Shown here: piece by piece, positions 38,994 through 49,668 of the stretch
How positions within the stretch are numbered: position 1 is the first letter of the stretch
Layout of the letters: every line of letters begins with the position of its first letter
Assembly: GCA_963762195.1 (NCBI GenBank)
Contig: CAVXJX010000015.1
Span: 5,479 to 69,478, forward strand
DNA length: 64,000 bases
Source: an uncultured Solirubrobacterales bacterium
Lineage (GTDB): Bacteria; Actinomycetota; Thermoleophilia; Solirubrobacterales; JBBDJG01
Reading direction: 5' to 3'
The notes under the pieces: generated by a model
Told to the model about the DNA's origin: nothing
Databases searched by the model: none
What the model saw: the letters and a program-made list of their open reading frames with translations, nothing else
Position numbers and translations under genes: made by a program

Positions 38994-40277
38994 ACGCTCG
39001 ACCTAAAGCTGATCCGCAGCGATCCGGACGCCGTCAAGGCCGCCCTCACGCGGCGGGGCGCGGCCGACAGGATCGACGAGCTGCTCGAGCTGGACGCCCG
39101 CCGGCGGGCGCTGCTGCCCGAGGTCGAAAGCCGCCGTGCCGCGAAGAAGAAGGTGTCCGAGGGGATCGCGCAGGCGAAGCGGGCCGGGGAGGGGGCCGAG
39201 GAGGCGATCGCGCAGTCCAATGCGCTCGCCGAGGAGATCAAGTCCCTCGAGGAGGAGCTGTCGCAGATCGAAGCCCGCATCGAGGAGCTGCTCGCGGAGC
39301 TCCCCAACCTGCCGGATCCGACCGCTCCGGACGGCATGACCGAGGAGGACGCCGAGGTGGTCAGGGTCGTCGGAGAGCCGCCCAAGTTCGATTTCGAGCC
39401 GCGCGACCACCTCGAGATCGGGACCGCCCTGGACCTGATCGACATGGAGAGCGCGGCGCGGGCGTCCGGCTCGCGCTTCGCCTACCTGAAGGGAGAATTG
39501 GCCCTGCTCGAGCTGGCGCTGGTCCAGTACGCGATGCGAAAGCTGGCCGGCAAGGGCTTCGAGCCGGTGATCCCGCCGGTCCTGGTGCGCGAGGAGCCGA
39601 TGTTCTGGACGGGCTTCCTGCCGACCGACCGCGCACAGATCTACGAGATCGCCGGCGACGACCTCTACCTCGTCGGCACCTCGGAGGTCGCGCTCGCCGC
39701 GCTGCACGCGGACCAGATCCTGTCCGCGGACGAGCTACCCCTGCGCTACGCGGGCTTTTCGACGTGCTTCAGGCGCGAGGCGGGGGCTGCCGGGAAGGAC
39801 ACGCGCGGCATCTTCCGCGTACACCAGTTCGACAAGGTCGAGATGTTCTCGTTCGTCGAGCCGTCGACCTCGCGCGACGAGCACGAGCGGCTGCTCGCCA
39901 TCGAGGAGGAGATCCTGCAGGACCTCGAGATCCCGTACCGGGTCGTCAACGTCGCCGCCGGGGACCTGGGTGCATCAGCCGCCAAGAAGTACGACTGCGA
40001 GGCGTGGCTGCCGGGGCAGGGGCGCTACCGCGAGCTCACCTCGACGTCTAACACGACGGATTACCAGGCGCGACGGCTGCGCAGCCGCTTTCGCCCGAAG
40101 GAGGGCGACTCGCCGCTGCCGGTCCACACCCTCAACGGAACTGCCGTAGCCGTAGGCCGTACGTTGCTGGCCATCATGGAGAACCACCAGCTCGCCGACG
40201 GCGGATTCCGGGTGCCGCCGGCGCTGCAGGCATTTGGTGCTCCTGAGCAGGTATCGGGCCACACTAAGTCGAAGTAA
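38994..40277 (+). CDS. serS: Serine--tRNA ligase
   Basis: LDLKLIR, LPNLP, GTSEV, FRREAG..GKDTRGIFRVHQFDKVE, HTLNGTAVA.GR; apparent start codon reads ACG. Confidence 0.96.
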   Translation, partial: TLDLKLIRSDPDAVKAALTRRGAADRIDELLELDARRRALLPEVESRRAAKKKVSEGIAQAKRAGEGAEEAIAQSNALAEEIKSLEEELSQIEARIEELLAELPNLPDPTAPDGMTEEDAEVVRVVGEPPKFDFEPRDHLEIGTALDLIDMESAARASGSRFAYLKGELALLELALVQYAMRKLAGKGFEPVIPPVLVREEPMFWTGFLPTDRAQIYEIAGDDLYLVGTSEVALAALHADQILSADELPLRYAGFSTCFRREAGAAGKDTRGIFRVHQFDKVEMFSFVEPSTSRDEHERLLAIEEEILQDLEIPYRVVNVAAGDLGASAAKKYDCEAWLPGQGRYRELTSTSNTTDYQARRLRSRFRPKEGDSPLPVHTLNGTAVAVGRTLLAIMENHQLADGGFRVPPALQAFGAPEQVSGHTKSK

Positions 40278-40617
40278 CGGGAAGAGGGCGCAATTTGCCC
40301 TACGGATGGCGGTAGTTCGAGCCGACACAAGAACCAGATGAAAGAAGGTTCGACGCCACCGGAGTCGTTGTTTAGAATGGCTGTGCTGCCTCCCCGCGAC
40401 CGGGCAAGACGACCGGCTACGGGAGAAGGGGCATGGAGGTCCGTACTGTCGATCGTGATCTTGGCCTGGTCCGCGACGGGGATTCTGAATTCCCTGCGTC
40501 GGCGTGTGCCCAGGGACGGTCAAGCATCAACGGGAATCGGAACCCCCGCCTGACACCGATTCTCGGAATTGAGCAAGTTTCGAACGAGTTCAACGTTTGA
40601 AGGAACGGGCGTTGTAA

Positions 40618-42267
40618 GTGGTCATGGGAACTAACGACCTATTTTCAAAGGAGATCGGCTCGGCACTGAGGCTAGGGCTGCTTCGTGGACCCACGGCAGG
40701 GGCGCTGCGGCTCGGCTGGCAGGCACGCCGGCGCCAGGCCCGGCCGTTCTTCGTCGATCTCCTCATGGTGCTCGTCGCCGGTGGCGCGACGCAGGCGATG
40801 TCCCACCTGCTGGGTGAGCCCGCGATGCCGGTCAAGTGGGTGGCCTTCTTCGGCGTGCTGGTGCTGATCATGTTCGCGATTCGCGGCATGTACAGCAATC
40901 GGCTGCGCTCGCACCTGCTCGACGAGATGCGCTCCATCGTGTCGACCACAGCCGTGGCGACGATGGCCGTGATCTCCCTGCGTGTGGTGCTCGAGAACGA
41001 TCCCTACACGGCCGCACAGACCGCGCAGACCTGCATCCTCGCCGCGGTGGCGCTTTCCGTGGGCCGTACCGGTCTCTTCGTCGCCCGCGCCCGGGCGATC
41101 GCTCGCGGCCACGGTGGTCGCTCCACCCTGATCGTCGGCGCCGGACGCGTCGGCCAGCTCGTGGCCAAGCGGATGACCGACCGGGCCGAGTTCGGCCTGC
41201 GTCCGGTCGGATTCCTCGACAACGACCCGCTCGAGATCGACGGCTCGACCGCGACCCTGCCGGTTCTCGGAGCCAGCTGGGACCTCGAGCGCGTGATTGC
41301 CGAGCACGGCGTCGAGCACGTCGTCTTCACCTTCTCCACAGCGCCGCATGCCGTCATGCTCAGCATGGTTCGCCGCTGCCGTGAGCTGGGCGTCTCCGCA
41401 TCGCTCGTCCCGCGCCTCTTCGAGGTCTCGGTCGAGCGCGTCTCGGTCGAGCACCTGGGCGGCCTGCCGCTGCTCGAGATGCGGCCGATCGACCCGAAAG
41501 GCCTGCAGTTCCTCATCAAGTACGCGATCGACCGGGTGGTCGCCGGAATCGCCGTGATCCTGATCTCGCCGATCCTGATCTCGCTTGCCGCCGCGGTCCT
41601 GATCACCTCGGGCCGCCCGATCTTCTTCCGTCAGCGCCGCATCGGACTCGACGGCCAGGAGTTCGACATGCTCAAGTTCAGGACGATGAAGGGCAGCCCC
41701 GAGGCGTCCGGCCACAATCACGGCCACTGGGTGTTCGAGACCCTTGACGCGGGCGACTCGCTGATCGCCGGCAACGGCAACGGAAGGAACGGCAACGGCG
41801 CCGCGGTGCACGCCAACGGACATTCCAACGGCAACGGTGACGCGGCCGGAGTGGCCGAGGCAGCCGTCTCGACCGCGACCCAGCCGGAGGTCGCGACCGA
41901 GGTCGAGGTGGAGACCGCCGAGGTCGACCGCCGCACCCCGATCGGCCGGATGCTGCGCCGCTACTCTCTGGACGAGCTTCCGCAGCTGCTGAACGTGCTG
42001 CGGGGCGACATGTCGCTGATCGGCCCCCGTCCCGAGCTGGGTACGTTCGTCCGGCTCTTCGAGGAGGCTGTCCACCGCTACGGTGACCGCCACCGGGTGA
42101 AGTCGGGAATCACCGGCTGGGCCCAGGTTCATGGGCTGCGCGGCAACACATCTCTTACCGACCGGGTCGAATGGGACAACTACTACATCGAGAATTGGTC
42201 CCTTTGGCTCGACATGAAGATCGCCGTCATGACCGTCGGCTCGCTCCTGCGCTGGCGGGAGGACTGA
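40618..42267 (+). CDS. Exopolysaccharide priming polyprenyl glycosylphosphotransferase (WcaJ/WbaP-like)
   Basis: N-terminal TM helices, IVGAG, KFRTM, SLDELPQL.NVLRGDMSLIGPRP, GITGWAQV, YIENWSLWLD. Confidence 0.93.
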   Translation: MVMGTNDLFSKEIGSALRLGLLRGPTAGALRLGWQARRRQARPFFVDLLMVLVAGGATQAMSHLLGEPAMPVKWVAFFGVLVLIMFAIRGMYSNRLRSHLLDEMRSIVSTTAVATMAVISLRVVLENDPYTAAQTAQTCILAAVALSVGRTGLFVARARAIARGHGGRSTLIVGAGRVGQLVAKRMTDRAEFGLRPVGFLDNDPLEIDGSTATLPVLGASWDLERVIAEHGVEHVVFTFSTAPHAVMLSMVRRCRELGVSASLVPRLFEVSVERVSVEHLGGLPLLEMRPIDPKGLQFLIKYAIDRVVAGIAVILISPILISLAAAVLITSGRPIFFRQRRIGLDGQEFDMLKFRTMKGSPEASGHNHGHWVFETLDAGDSLIAGNGNGRNGNGAAVHANGHSNGNGDAAGVAEAAVSTATQPEVATEVEVETAEVDRRTPIGRMLRRYSLDELPQLLNVLRGDMSLIGPRPELGTFVRLFEEAVHRYGDRHRVKSGITGWAQVHGLRGNTSLTDRVEWDNYYIENWSLWLDMKIAVMTVGSLLRWRED

Positions 42268-42275
42268 CGAACGCC

Positions 42276-42749
42276 TTGGCCCGCACCCTGGCGGCGATGG
42301 CCGCCCTGCTGACTGTGCTCGTCCTGATGCCCGCGACCCCGGCCGCAGCGGCCGAGTCGCCCGAGGACTTCTCCGCCGCCGACCAGTACGTGGAGACTCT
42401 CCCCACCAACCAGGGACCGAGCCCCACGAAGGACGCCAAGGACGAGCGCACCCGTCTACCGGCGACCGCGAAGGCCAAGCTCGATGCCGAAGGCGGGAAG
42501 GACGCCGCCTCGCTGGAGGAGATCGCGACGTCCGGACGATTCGGTGCGCCTCAGGAAAAGGGCGCGGACGCCGATAAGGGCCGGGGAAGCTCGTCTCGCT
42601 CCGCGACGGCCGTTCCGGCGGCTTCCGTCAAGGCCGTCCGCGAGAGTGGAGAGGACCTCACCTGGCTCCTGTTCGCCCTGATCGCGATCACGGGCCTGAT
42701 GGTCGGGGCAGTCGCCTATCAGCGCCACAAGAACAGCAAGTCCGGCTAG
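42276..42749 (+). CDS. Secreted protein with C-terminal membrane anchor and basic tail
   Basis: Signal peptide AAA-AES, DQYVETLP, C-terminal TM followed by QRHKNSK. Confidence 0.65.
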   Translation: MARTLAAMAALLTVLVLMPATPAAAAESPEDFSAADQYVETLPTNQGPSPTKDAKDERTRLPATAKAKLDAEGGKDAASLEEIATSGRFGAPQEKGADADKGRGSSSRSATAVPAASVKAVRESGEDLTWLLFALIAITGLMVGAVAYQRHKNSKSG

Positions 42750-42795
42750 CCGGACACACGAGCGGTCCACGGACGTCGCCGCGACGTCGCGGCCC

Positions 42796-44775
42796 GTGCT
42801 CCCGCCCGCCCCCCGGCGCATGAACGAGGCGATCGTCGCGGTCGTGGTGACGCTGCTCGTGGGCGCGGCCACCTTCCTGCTCGGCTTCAACGACGGCAGC
42901 TACCAGCTGACCGATCGCTCCGCCATCGGGATCGTCGCGTGGTGGGCGCTCGCCGTGGGCGTCGCCCTCAAGCTCTGGCCGGCCACGCGTGTCCCACGGG
43001 CCGCGATCGTCGCGGGATCGGCACTGGCGGCGCTGGCGATCCTGACCGTGCTCTCGACGGGCTGGGCCGTCTCCGACGAGAAGGCGTTCCTCGAGTTCAC
43101 CCGCGTGTTGACGTATCTCGGCGTGCTCGCGGTGGTCGCGATCGCCGTGCGTGCCCGCCACGCCGCCGCCGTCAGCGACGGGCTTGCGCTCGGCATCGTC
43201 GGCGTCGTGGGCGTGGCCCTGGCGAGCCGCTTCTGGTGGGGTGACATCGGCCCCGGCGCACCGCCTTCGTTCTTCCCGGTGCAGACCCGCCTCCACTACC
43301 CGGTCAACTACTGGAACGGGCTCGCGATCCTGGCCGGCATGGCGCTCCCGCTCCTGCTGCGCGCCGCGGTCGCGCAGCGGCCGGGCATCCTGCGCGCGCT
43401 GGCCCTGGCTCCCATCCCTGCGATCGCCGCGACCATCTATCTCACCTCGTCCCGCGGCGGGGCGGCGGTGGCCATCGTGGGAGTGCTCGTCTTCTGCGCG
43501 CTCACGTCTCGCCGCACGAGCGCTCTGGTGGCAACCGCAATCGGATCTTTGGGCGCCGTCGCCGCGGTCGAGGTGCTGCTCGCCCGCGACGACCTCGTGA
43601 ACGGCCCGCTCTCGGCGCCGGCGGTGGCCGGTCAGGGCCGCAGCGCCGCTTTGCTCGTCGCGCTGCTCGGCGCCGCGTGCGTTGCGCTCTACTGGGCCTG
43701 GTGCCGGTTCGCGGACTGGGACGTGCGACTGCCGCGTGTCGCGCAGGCGGCGCTCGTCGGGGGGATGGCGCTGATCGCGCTGGTCGGGGTCGCGGCGTTC
43801 GACCCGGCCGGCAAGTTCGAGGACTTCAAGCGCCCGCCGGGCGAGACGAAGTACACGGAAGGAGACTTCACTCGCTCGCACCTGCTGAGCTCGACGAGCA
43901 CCGGTCGCTGGCAGCTCTGGGCAGCGGCCGGCGACCAATGGGAGACCAAGCCGGCCTTGGGGCAGGGCGCAGGCTCGTATCAGTCGTGGTGGACCGAGAA
44001 CGCGGACTTCCCGCTGTTCGTGCGCGACGCCCACAACCTGTGGCTCGAGATGCTGGGCGAGCTGGGGGTGGTGGGCTTCGCCCTGATCCTGCTCGTGTTC
44101 GGTACTGGTCTCGTCGCCGCCATGTCACGGCTGCGGAGGGCCGGGCCCGCGCGGCCGCTGATCGCGGGGCTCGTCGGGGTGGTGGTGGCGTTTGCGCTGG
44201 GCGCCGCGATCGACTGGATGTGGGAGCTGACGATCGTCGCGCTCGTGGCCGTCGTGGCGCTCGGGATGCTGGTCGGCCTCGCGACCCTTCCCGAGGACGA
44301 CCGGCAGCAGCTGCAGCGCGCCTCCGACTTCGGCCAGGACACGCGCGGGCGTGTGGTGCGAACCGCTGCCGTTGCCCTGGTACTGGCGGCCGTGATGTGC
44401 GTGACGGTGCCGATGCTCGCGCAGGAGCGCTTGGAGGAGAGCCAGGCAGCGGTCGAGGCAGGTGACGTGCGCAGGGCTTTGGACACCGCCGATGACGCCC
44501 GGTCGCTGGAGCCGTGGGCGTCGTCGCCCTACGTCCAGCTCGCGCTGATCGAGGAGCAGGCAGGCAACCTTCCCCGCGCCAACCGCCACATCAAGGACGC
44601 GCTCGAGCGCGACAGCCGCGACTGGAGCACCTGGCTGGTAGCGGCGCGCATCCAGACCAAGGCTGGTTCCATACGTGAAGGGCGCCGCAGCCTCAGGCGC
44701 TCCAAAGCGCTCAACCCCACCTCCGAGCTGTTCAAGGACCTGCGCGCCAGCGCACGCGACAGGGCCTCCCGGTAA
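42796..44775 (+). CDS. O-antigen ligase/Wzy-like polymerase with C-terminal TPR
   Basis: Multiple TM helices, NYWN, LTSSRGG, R..LW, G.GAGSY, DAHNLWLEMLGELG. Confidence 0.88.
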   Translation: MLPPAPRRMNEAIVAVVVTLLVGAATFLLGFNDGSYQLTDRSAIGIVAWWALAVGVALKLWPATRVPRAAIVAGSALAALAILTVLSTGWAVSDEKAFLEFTRVLTYLGVLAVVAIAVRARHAAAVSDGLALGIVGVVGVALASRFWWGDIGPGAPPSFFPVQTRLHYPVNYWNGLAILAGMALPLLLRAAVAQRPGILRALALAPIPAIAATIYLTSSRGGAAVAIVGVLVFCALTSRRTSALVATAIGSLGAVAAVEVLLARDDLVNGPLSAPAVAGQGRSAALLVALLGAACVALYWAWCRFADWDVRLPRVAQAALVGGMALIALVGVAAFDPAGKFEDFKRPPGETKYTEGDFTRSHLLSSTSTGRWQLWAAAGDQWETKPALGQGAGSYQSWWTENADFPLFVRDAHNLWLEMLGELGVVGFALILLVFGTGLVAAMSRLRRAGPARPLIAGLVGVVVAFALGAAIDWMWELTIVALVAVVALGMLVGLATLPEDDRQQLQRASDFGQDTRGRVVRTAAVALVLAAVMCVTVPMLAQERLEESQAAVEAGDVRRALDTADDARSLEPWASSPYVQLALIEEQAGNLPRANRHIKDALERDSRDWSTWLVAARIQTKAGSIREGRRSLRRSKALNPTSELFKDLRASARDRASR

Positions 44776-44783
44776 CCAGACCT

Positions 44784-46224
44784 TGAATCCCGGCAAGCTG
44801 ATCTCCTCACGGCGCGTCGCGCTGCTCGTCGCAGTGCTGACGGTGCTCGCGCTCCCGTCCACGGCATTCGCGGCACGCCCGCTCGTGACGGGGCTGCAGG
44901 ACTTCGACTTCACCCCGACGCACTTCGAACGGATCAAGGCATCGGCTCGGCGTCGTGAAGATCAGCCTGGTCTGGAAGGACGTGGCGCCGACGGCTCCGC
45001 CGGCCGCGTTCAACCCCACCGACCCGCTCGACCCGAGCTATGACTGGCTGGAGCCACGACAGCCAGGTACGCGCAGCGGTTGTGGCCGGCCTCAACCCGC
45101 TGCTCACCGTCGAGCAGTCGCCCGGATGGGCCGAGCGCGACAAGCGCGGCGCATCCGGGACGGGCAACCCCGACCCCCTGCAGTTCGGCCTGTTCGCCGA
45201 AGCCGTCGCGCGACGCTACAGCGGTGCCGTCGGCGGGCTTCCCCGCGTGCGCATGTTCGAGGCCTGGAACGAGCCGAACGCGAGCTTCTTCCTGTACCCA
45301 CAGCGCAACGCCGACGGGAGCAACTACTCGCCGGGCCTGTATCGCGAGATGGTGAACCGCTTCGCGACCGGGGTGCAGCGCGTGCACGCGGACAACGTGG
45401 TGGTGGCGGGTGCGACGTTCCCCTTCACGCTGAACCGCCCCGGAGCGCAGACCGATCGGCCCCTATCGCTTCATGCGCGAGGTGCTGTGCCTGTCCGAGA
45501 AGCTGCGGGTGATTCCCGGTTGCGGGCCGCAGGTGCAGTTCGACGTGTGGAGCCACCACCCCTACACCTCGGGCGATGCGACCCACAAGGCGGGTCACTC
45601 CCGACAGCATCTCGCTGGGCGATCTGCCGCGCATGCAGAAGGTCTTGCAGGCCGCCGCGAAGCGCGGACGGATCGCGTCACGCGGCTCGGTCAGGTTCTG
45701 GGTCACCGAGTTCGGCTGGGACACGGCGCCCGCCGACCCCAAGGGCGTGCCGCTCGGCCTGCACGCGCGCTGGGTCTCCGAGGCGCTTTACCGCTCCTGG
45801 AGCGCGGGCGTCACCCTGTTCGTGTGGTACCGGCTGCGTGACGGCCCGCCCGACGGCCCCGTGCAGTCCGGGTTGTGGCTGCGGTGCGCCGCGGGAATCG
45901 CCTGCGACCAGCCCAAGAAGGCCTCGTTGCAGGCATTCCGCTTCCCGTTCGTCGGCGTTCCGTTCCGGCAAGCGCGTGCGCGTCTGGGGCCGGACGCCCG
46001 GGGGCGTGAAGGGCACGGTCGTGATCGAGCGCTCCCGGAAGGGCGGCTACACGCGGCTGCGCAAGCTGCGGACCGACTCCACGGGGATCTTCAAGGGCCT
46101 GTTCAAAGGCCCGCGTACAGGTCACCTGCGCGCGCGGATCGGGACGAAGGGCGAGGCCTCGGTGCCCTTCTCGCTGAAGCGGCCGCCCGACCGGCCGGTG
46201 AACCCCTTCGGTTCAACCGGGTAG
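44784..46224 (+). CDS. Secreted clan GH-A glycoside hydrolase (GH5/GH39-like); frameshifted
   Basis: Acid/base EAWNEPN, SHHPY, nucleophile WVTEFGW; basic C-terminal domain. Confidence 0.78.
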
Positions 46225-46242
46225 CGGCCGATAATTCCGGCG

Positions 46243-47274
46243 ATGGCATCTGAATCAAACGGCCGAGTGGACGTGAGCGTCCTGATCCCGGTGCTCAATG
46301 AAGAGCGCGCCATCCGTGACAGCGTGCTGGCGATGCTCGGGCAGCAGTTCGACGGTGAGATCGAGTACCTGTTCATGGACGGGGCGTCCGAGGACCGCAC
46401 GAAGGCGATCCTCGAGGAGATGGCGGCCCACGACCATCGCATCAGGGTGCTCGACAACCCGCAGCAGCGCACGACCTTCGGCCTCAACATCGGGCTCCAG
46501 AACGCACGCGGGGACTACGTGGTGCGCATGGACGCACACACCCACTACCCGGCCGAATACGTCGCGAAGGGCGTCGAACGGCTCGCGCGCGCCGACGGGG
46601 TCGAGTGGGTCACGGGTCCCCAGATCCCGAGCGGCACCGGGAAGTGGTCGCGGCGCGTCGCGATCGCGCTGCGATCGTGGTTCGGGGCCGGGGGATCGAG
46701 CAAGTGGGAGGCCGAGGAGGAGAAGGACATCGACACCGGCGTGTTCACGGGAGTGTGGCGGCGCACGACGCTGGACGAGTACGGCGGCTGGGACGACGGC
46801 TGGCCCGTGAACCAGGACTCCGAGCTGGCGGCGCGGTTCTTCGAGCGCGGCAGCCGGATCGTCTGCATGCCGGAGCTGGGCGCGCTCTACACGCCGCGAG
46901 ACTCGCTGAAGGGACTCGCCAAGCAGTACTGGCGCTACGGGTTCTACCGCGCCAAGACCAGCCGCTACCACCCTTCGAGCATGCGGCGCTCGGCCGTGTT
47001 CCCGCCGGCGCTCGTGATCGCGCTGCTCGGGGCTGTGCTGGCTCCGCGACCGCTGAAGACCCTCTGCAGGGCCGCTGTCGCGACTTGGGCTGCCGCGGTG
47101 ATTGCCGCGAGCGCGCCCACCGCCCGCAGGGACGGTCCTGAGGAGGGTGCGGGGCTGGCCGCCGTGTTTGCGACGATGCACCTGTCTTGGGGAGCCGGAT
47201 TCCTGCGGGGATGCACCTCATTCGGCCCGCCTCTGGCGGCGCTGGCGCGGATCGTCGGCCTGCGCCGGGGTTGA
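46243..47274 (+). CDS. Glycosyltransferase family 2 (ExoA-like)
   Basis: SVLIPVLNEE, DGASEDRT, RMDAH, NQDSEL, KQYWRYG. Confidence 0.9.
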   Translation: MASESNGRVDVSVLIPVLNEERAIRDSVLAMLGQQFDGEIEYLFMDGASEDRTKAILEEMAAHDHRIRVLDNPQQRTTFGLNIGLQNARGDYVVRMDAHTHYPAEYVAKGVERLARADGVEWVTGPQIPSGTGKWSRRVAIALRSWFGAGGSSKWEAEEEKDIDTGVFTGVWRRTTLDEYGGWDDGWPVNQDSELAARFFERGSRIVCMPELGALYTPRDSLKGLAKQYWRYGFYRAKTSRYHPSSMRRSAVFPPALVIALLGAVLAPRPLKTLCRAAVATWAAAVIAASAPTARRDGPEEGAGLAAVFATMHLSWGAGFLRGCTSFGPPLAALARIVGLRRG

Positions 47275-47293
47275 GCCGGCCCGGAGCCGCGGC

Positions 47294-48439
47294 ATGCGCG
47301 TAGGGGTCTACACCGACTACAGCTACTCGTACGACGGCGAGTCGTACTACTCCGAGCGGGCCTTCTTCACGTTCATCACGCAGCTTGCCGGGATGGTCGA
47401 CCGGCTCGTCCTGTTCGGGCGCCTCAACCCGAAGGGCGGACGCTCCCACTACCGCGTTCCGGACGAGATCGACTTCGTGCCGCTCCCTTACTACGAGAGC
47501 CAGGCCGACGCCCGGGCTGCCGTGCGGGCCATGGCGTTCTCGCTGCGGGCGTTCTGGCGCAACCTCGACAAGGTCGACGTCGTGTGGCTGCTCGGCCCGC
47601 ACCCGCTCGCGATCGTCTTCGCGGTGCTGGCGGCGATCCGCCGCAAGCGCGTGGTGCTCGGCGTGCGCCAGGACATGCCGGTCTACACCCGCAGCCGCCA
47701 CCCGGGCAAGCGCTGGATGATGGGCGCCGCGCACGTCCTCGAGCGGGCCTTCCGGCTCATGTCGCGCGTCTTCCCGGTGGTCGTCGTGGGCCCGCAGCTG
47801 GCCGCCAACTACCGCAGCGCCGGGCGCCTGCTGACGCTGTCGGTGTCGCTCGTCGGCGAGGACCAGATCGTCGATCCGCAGGATGCGGCCCATCGCGTCT
47901 GGAACGGCGGGGAGCTGAGAGTCCTGACCGTGAGCCGGCTCGAGACCGAGAAGAACCCGCTGCTGCTGGCCGACGTGCTGGCGCGCCTGCGCGAGCACGA
48001 CCAGCGCTTTCGCCTGCTCGTGTGCGGCGAGGGCCCGATGGAGGGCGACCTGCGACAGCGGCTCGAAGAGCTGGGCGTCACCGACCACGCGGACCTGCTC
48101 GGCTATGTGCCGATCACGGACGGTCTCCTCGACGTGTACCGCTCGAGCCACGCCTTCCTGCACGTGTCCTGGACCGAGGGGCTGCCGCAGACGCTGTTCG
48201 AGGCGTTCGCCGCGGGACTGCCGGTCGTGGCCACCGCGGTCGGCGGCGTGCCGGACGCCGTCGGCGAATCCGCGCTCCTGGTCGAGCCCGGCGACGCGGA
48301 GGCACCGGCCGCGCAGCTCAAGCGCCTCGCGGACGACCCGGCGCTGCGCGGGCACCTGATCGAGTCCGGCGTCGAGCGCGTGCGCTCGCACACGCTCGAA
48401 GCCGAGAGCCAGCGCGTGGTCGACTTCCTCGACGGCTAG
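47294..48439 (+). CDS. Glycosyltransferase family 4
   Basis: VSRLETEKN, EGLPQTLFEAFAAGLPVVAT.VGG. Confidence 0.9.
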   Translation: MRVGVYTDYSYSYDGESYYSERAFFTFITQLAGMVDRLVLFGRLNPKGGRSHYRVPDEIDFVPLPYYESQADARAAVRAMAFSLRAFWRNLDKVDVVWLLGPHPLAIVFAVLAAIRRKRVVLGVRQDMPVYTRSRHPGKRWMMGAAHVLERAFRLMSRVFPVVVVGPQLAANYRSAGRLLTLSVSLVGEDQIVDPQDAAHRVWNGGELRVLTVSRLETEKNPLLLADVLARLREHDQRFRLLVCGEGPMEGDLRQRLEELGVTDHADLLGYVPITDGLLDVYRSSHAFLHVSWTEGLPQTLFEAFAAGLPVVATAVGGVPDAVGESALLVEPGDAEAPAAQLKRLADDPALRGHLIESGVERVRSHTLEAESQRVVDFLDG

Positions 48440-48495
48440 CCAGCGGCGAGCCGGCGGTGCGCGGTTTGACCCACGTATAGCGGGGTCAATGTGTC

Positions 48496-49660
48496 TCACC
48501 GGCGCTGCAAGCTGTGAGTGGTCGACTCGAGCGCCGGTGAGCCGCTCGTAGCGGTCACCATGGCCTCGGCCCACGAGGCCAGGCCGAGGTTCTCGCGCAG
48601 CCACGCGTGTCCGGCCAGTGAGTCGGCGGCGACCTGCGCGGGCTGGCGCTCGAGCAGCTGTCCGGATGGCCGCCGCAATCGCATCCGGGTCGAGCGGCGT
48701 GATCACGCATGCCGGGGCGTGCGCGCCGACGGTGGCGTGTCCCGGGATGTCGCTGACCACGGCAGCCGTTCCGCTCGAGACGGCCTCGAGCACCGAGAAG
48801 GGCGTGCCCTCTGCGCGGCTCGGCGCAACGAACACGTCGGCCGCCGCGTACATCTGCTGCACCTTGTCGGTCGGCTCCAGCACTGTCAGCTCGTCCCCGA
48901 GGCCGAGGCGCTCTCCCAGCGCGCGCGCGTCGTCGCCGCCGCCCACGGTGACGCCGGCAAGGTTCGCGTCGGAGACGCGCAGGCGGCGCAGCGCCTCCTC
49001 GAACACGTCGCCGCCCTTGCGCAGCCAGTCCCAGCCGAAGTGCACCAGCAGCGGCCGGTCCGCGGGCAGCCCGAACTCGTCGCGCGCGGCGTGGCGCTGC
49101 GCGTCGGTGAGCACGGGAAAGCGGTCGACGTCGACTGCGTTGTGGAGGAACTCGACCTTCCCCCGCGGTGCGCCGGCCTTGGTGGTCGTCTCGACGAGGC
49201 CGGGACTGACGCACAGGATCTGGTCCGCGCGGCGCCCGAAGACTGCGCACTTGACGAAGTTGCGTGCGAACGCGGCGGGCCCCGTGAAGTGGGGCGTGTG
49301 GAAGTGCCAGATGACGCTCGTGTCATCGCGTCTGGAGCCGGCAAGCGCAGCCGCCACGTCGAAGTGCCGTGAAGTGCGTGTGCAGGACCACAGGGCCGTC
49401 GTCCTCTGCGAGCAGTGTCCCCGACCCAGGCGGTCAGCTCCCGGCGCGAGGCACCCGGTGACGAGAAGCGGTAGGGGATCTCGTCGTCGTCGAACTCCGC
49501 AAGCCAGGCCCGCTCGCGCGAGATCGGCGTGAACACGGCCTCCGGCTCCCAGCCGCGCTGCGTTGGCGGATCGCATGATCGCGCGCAGCATCGGTATGAA
49601 CGAGCCGGGATACGGGCCTCCGTAGCCCGCCAGGTGGATGAGACGCTTCTTCTTCGCCAC
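48496..49660 (-). CDS. Glycosyltransferase family 4; frameshifted
   Basis: HNAVD, RKG.D, PSRAEGTPFSVLEA..SG..V.SDIPG; 3' end approximate. Confidence 0.82.
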
Positions 49661-49668
49661 GCTGCTCC

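Noticed and set aside
38532-40277. Cytochrome c-SerRS fusion ORF
   Set aside because: One extra G in the CxxCH codons shifts the frame; the corrected cytochrome stops at 38982.
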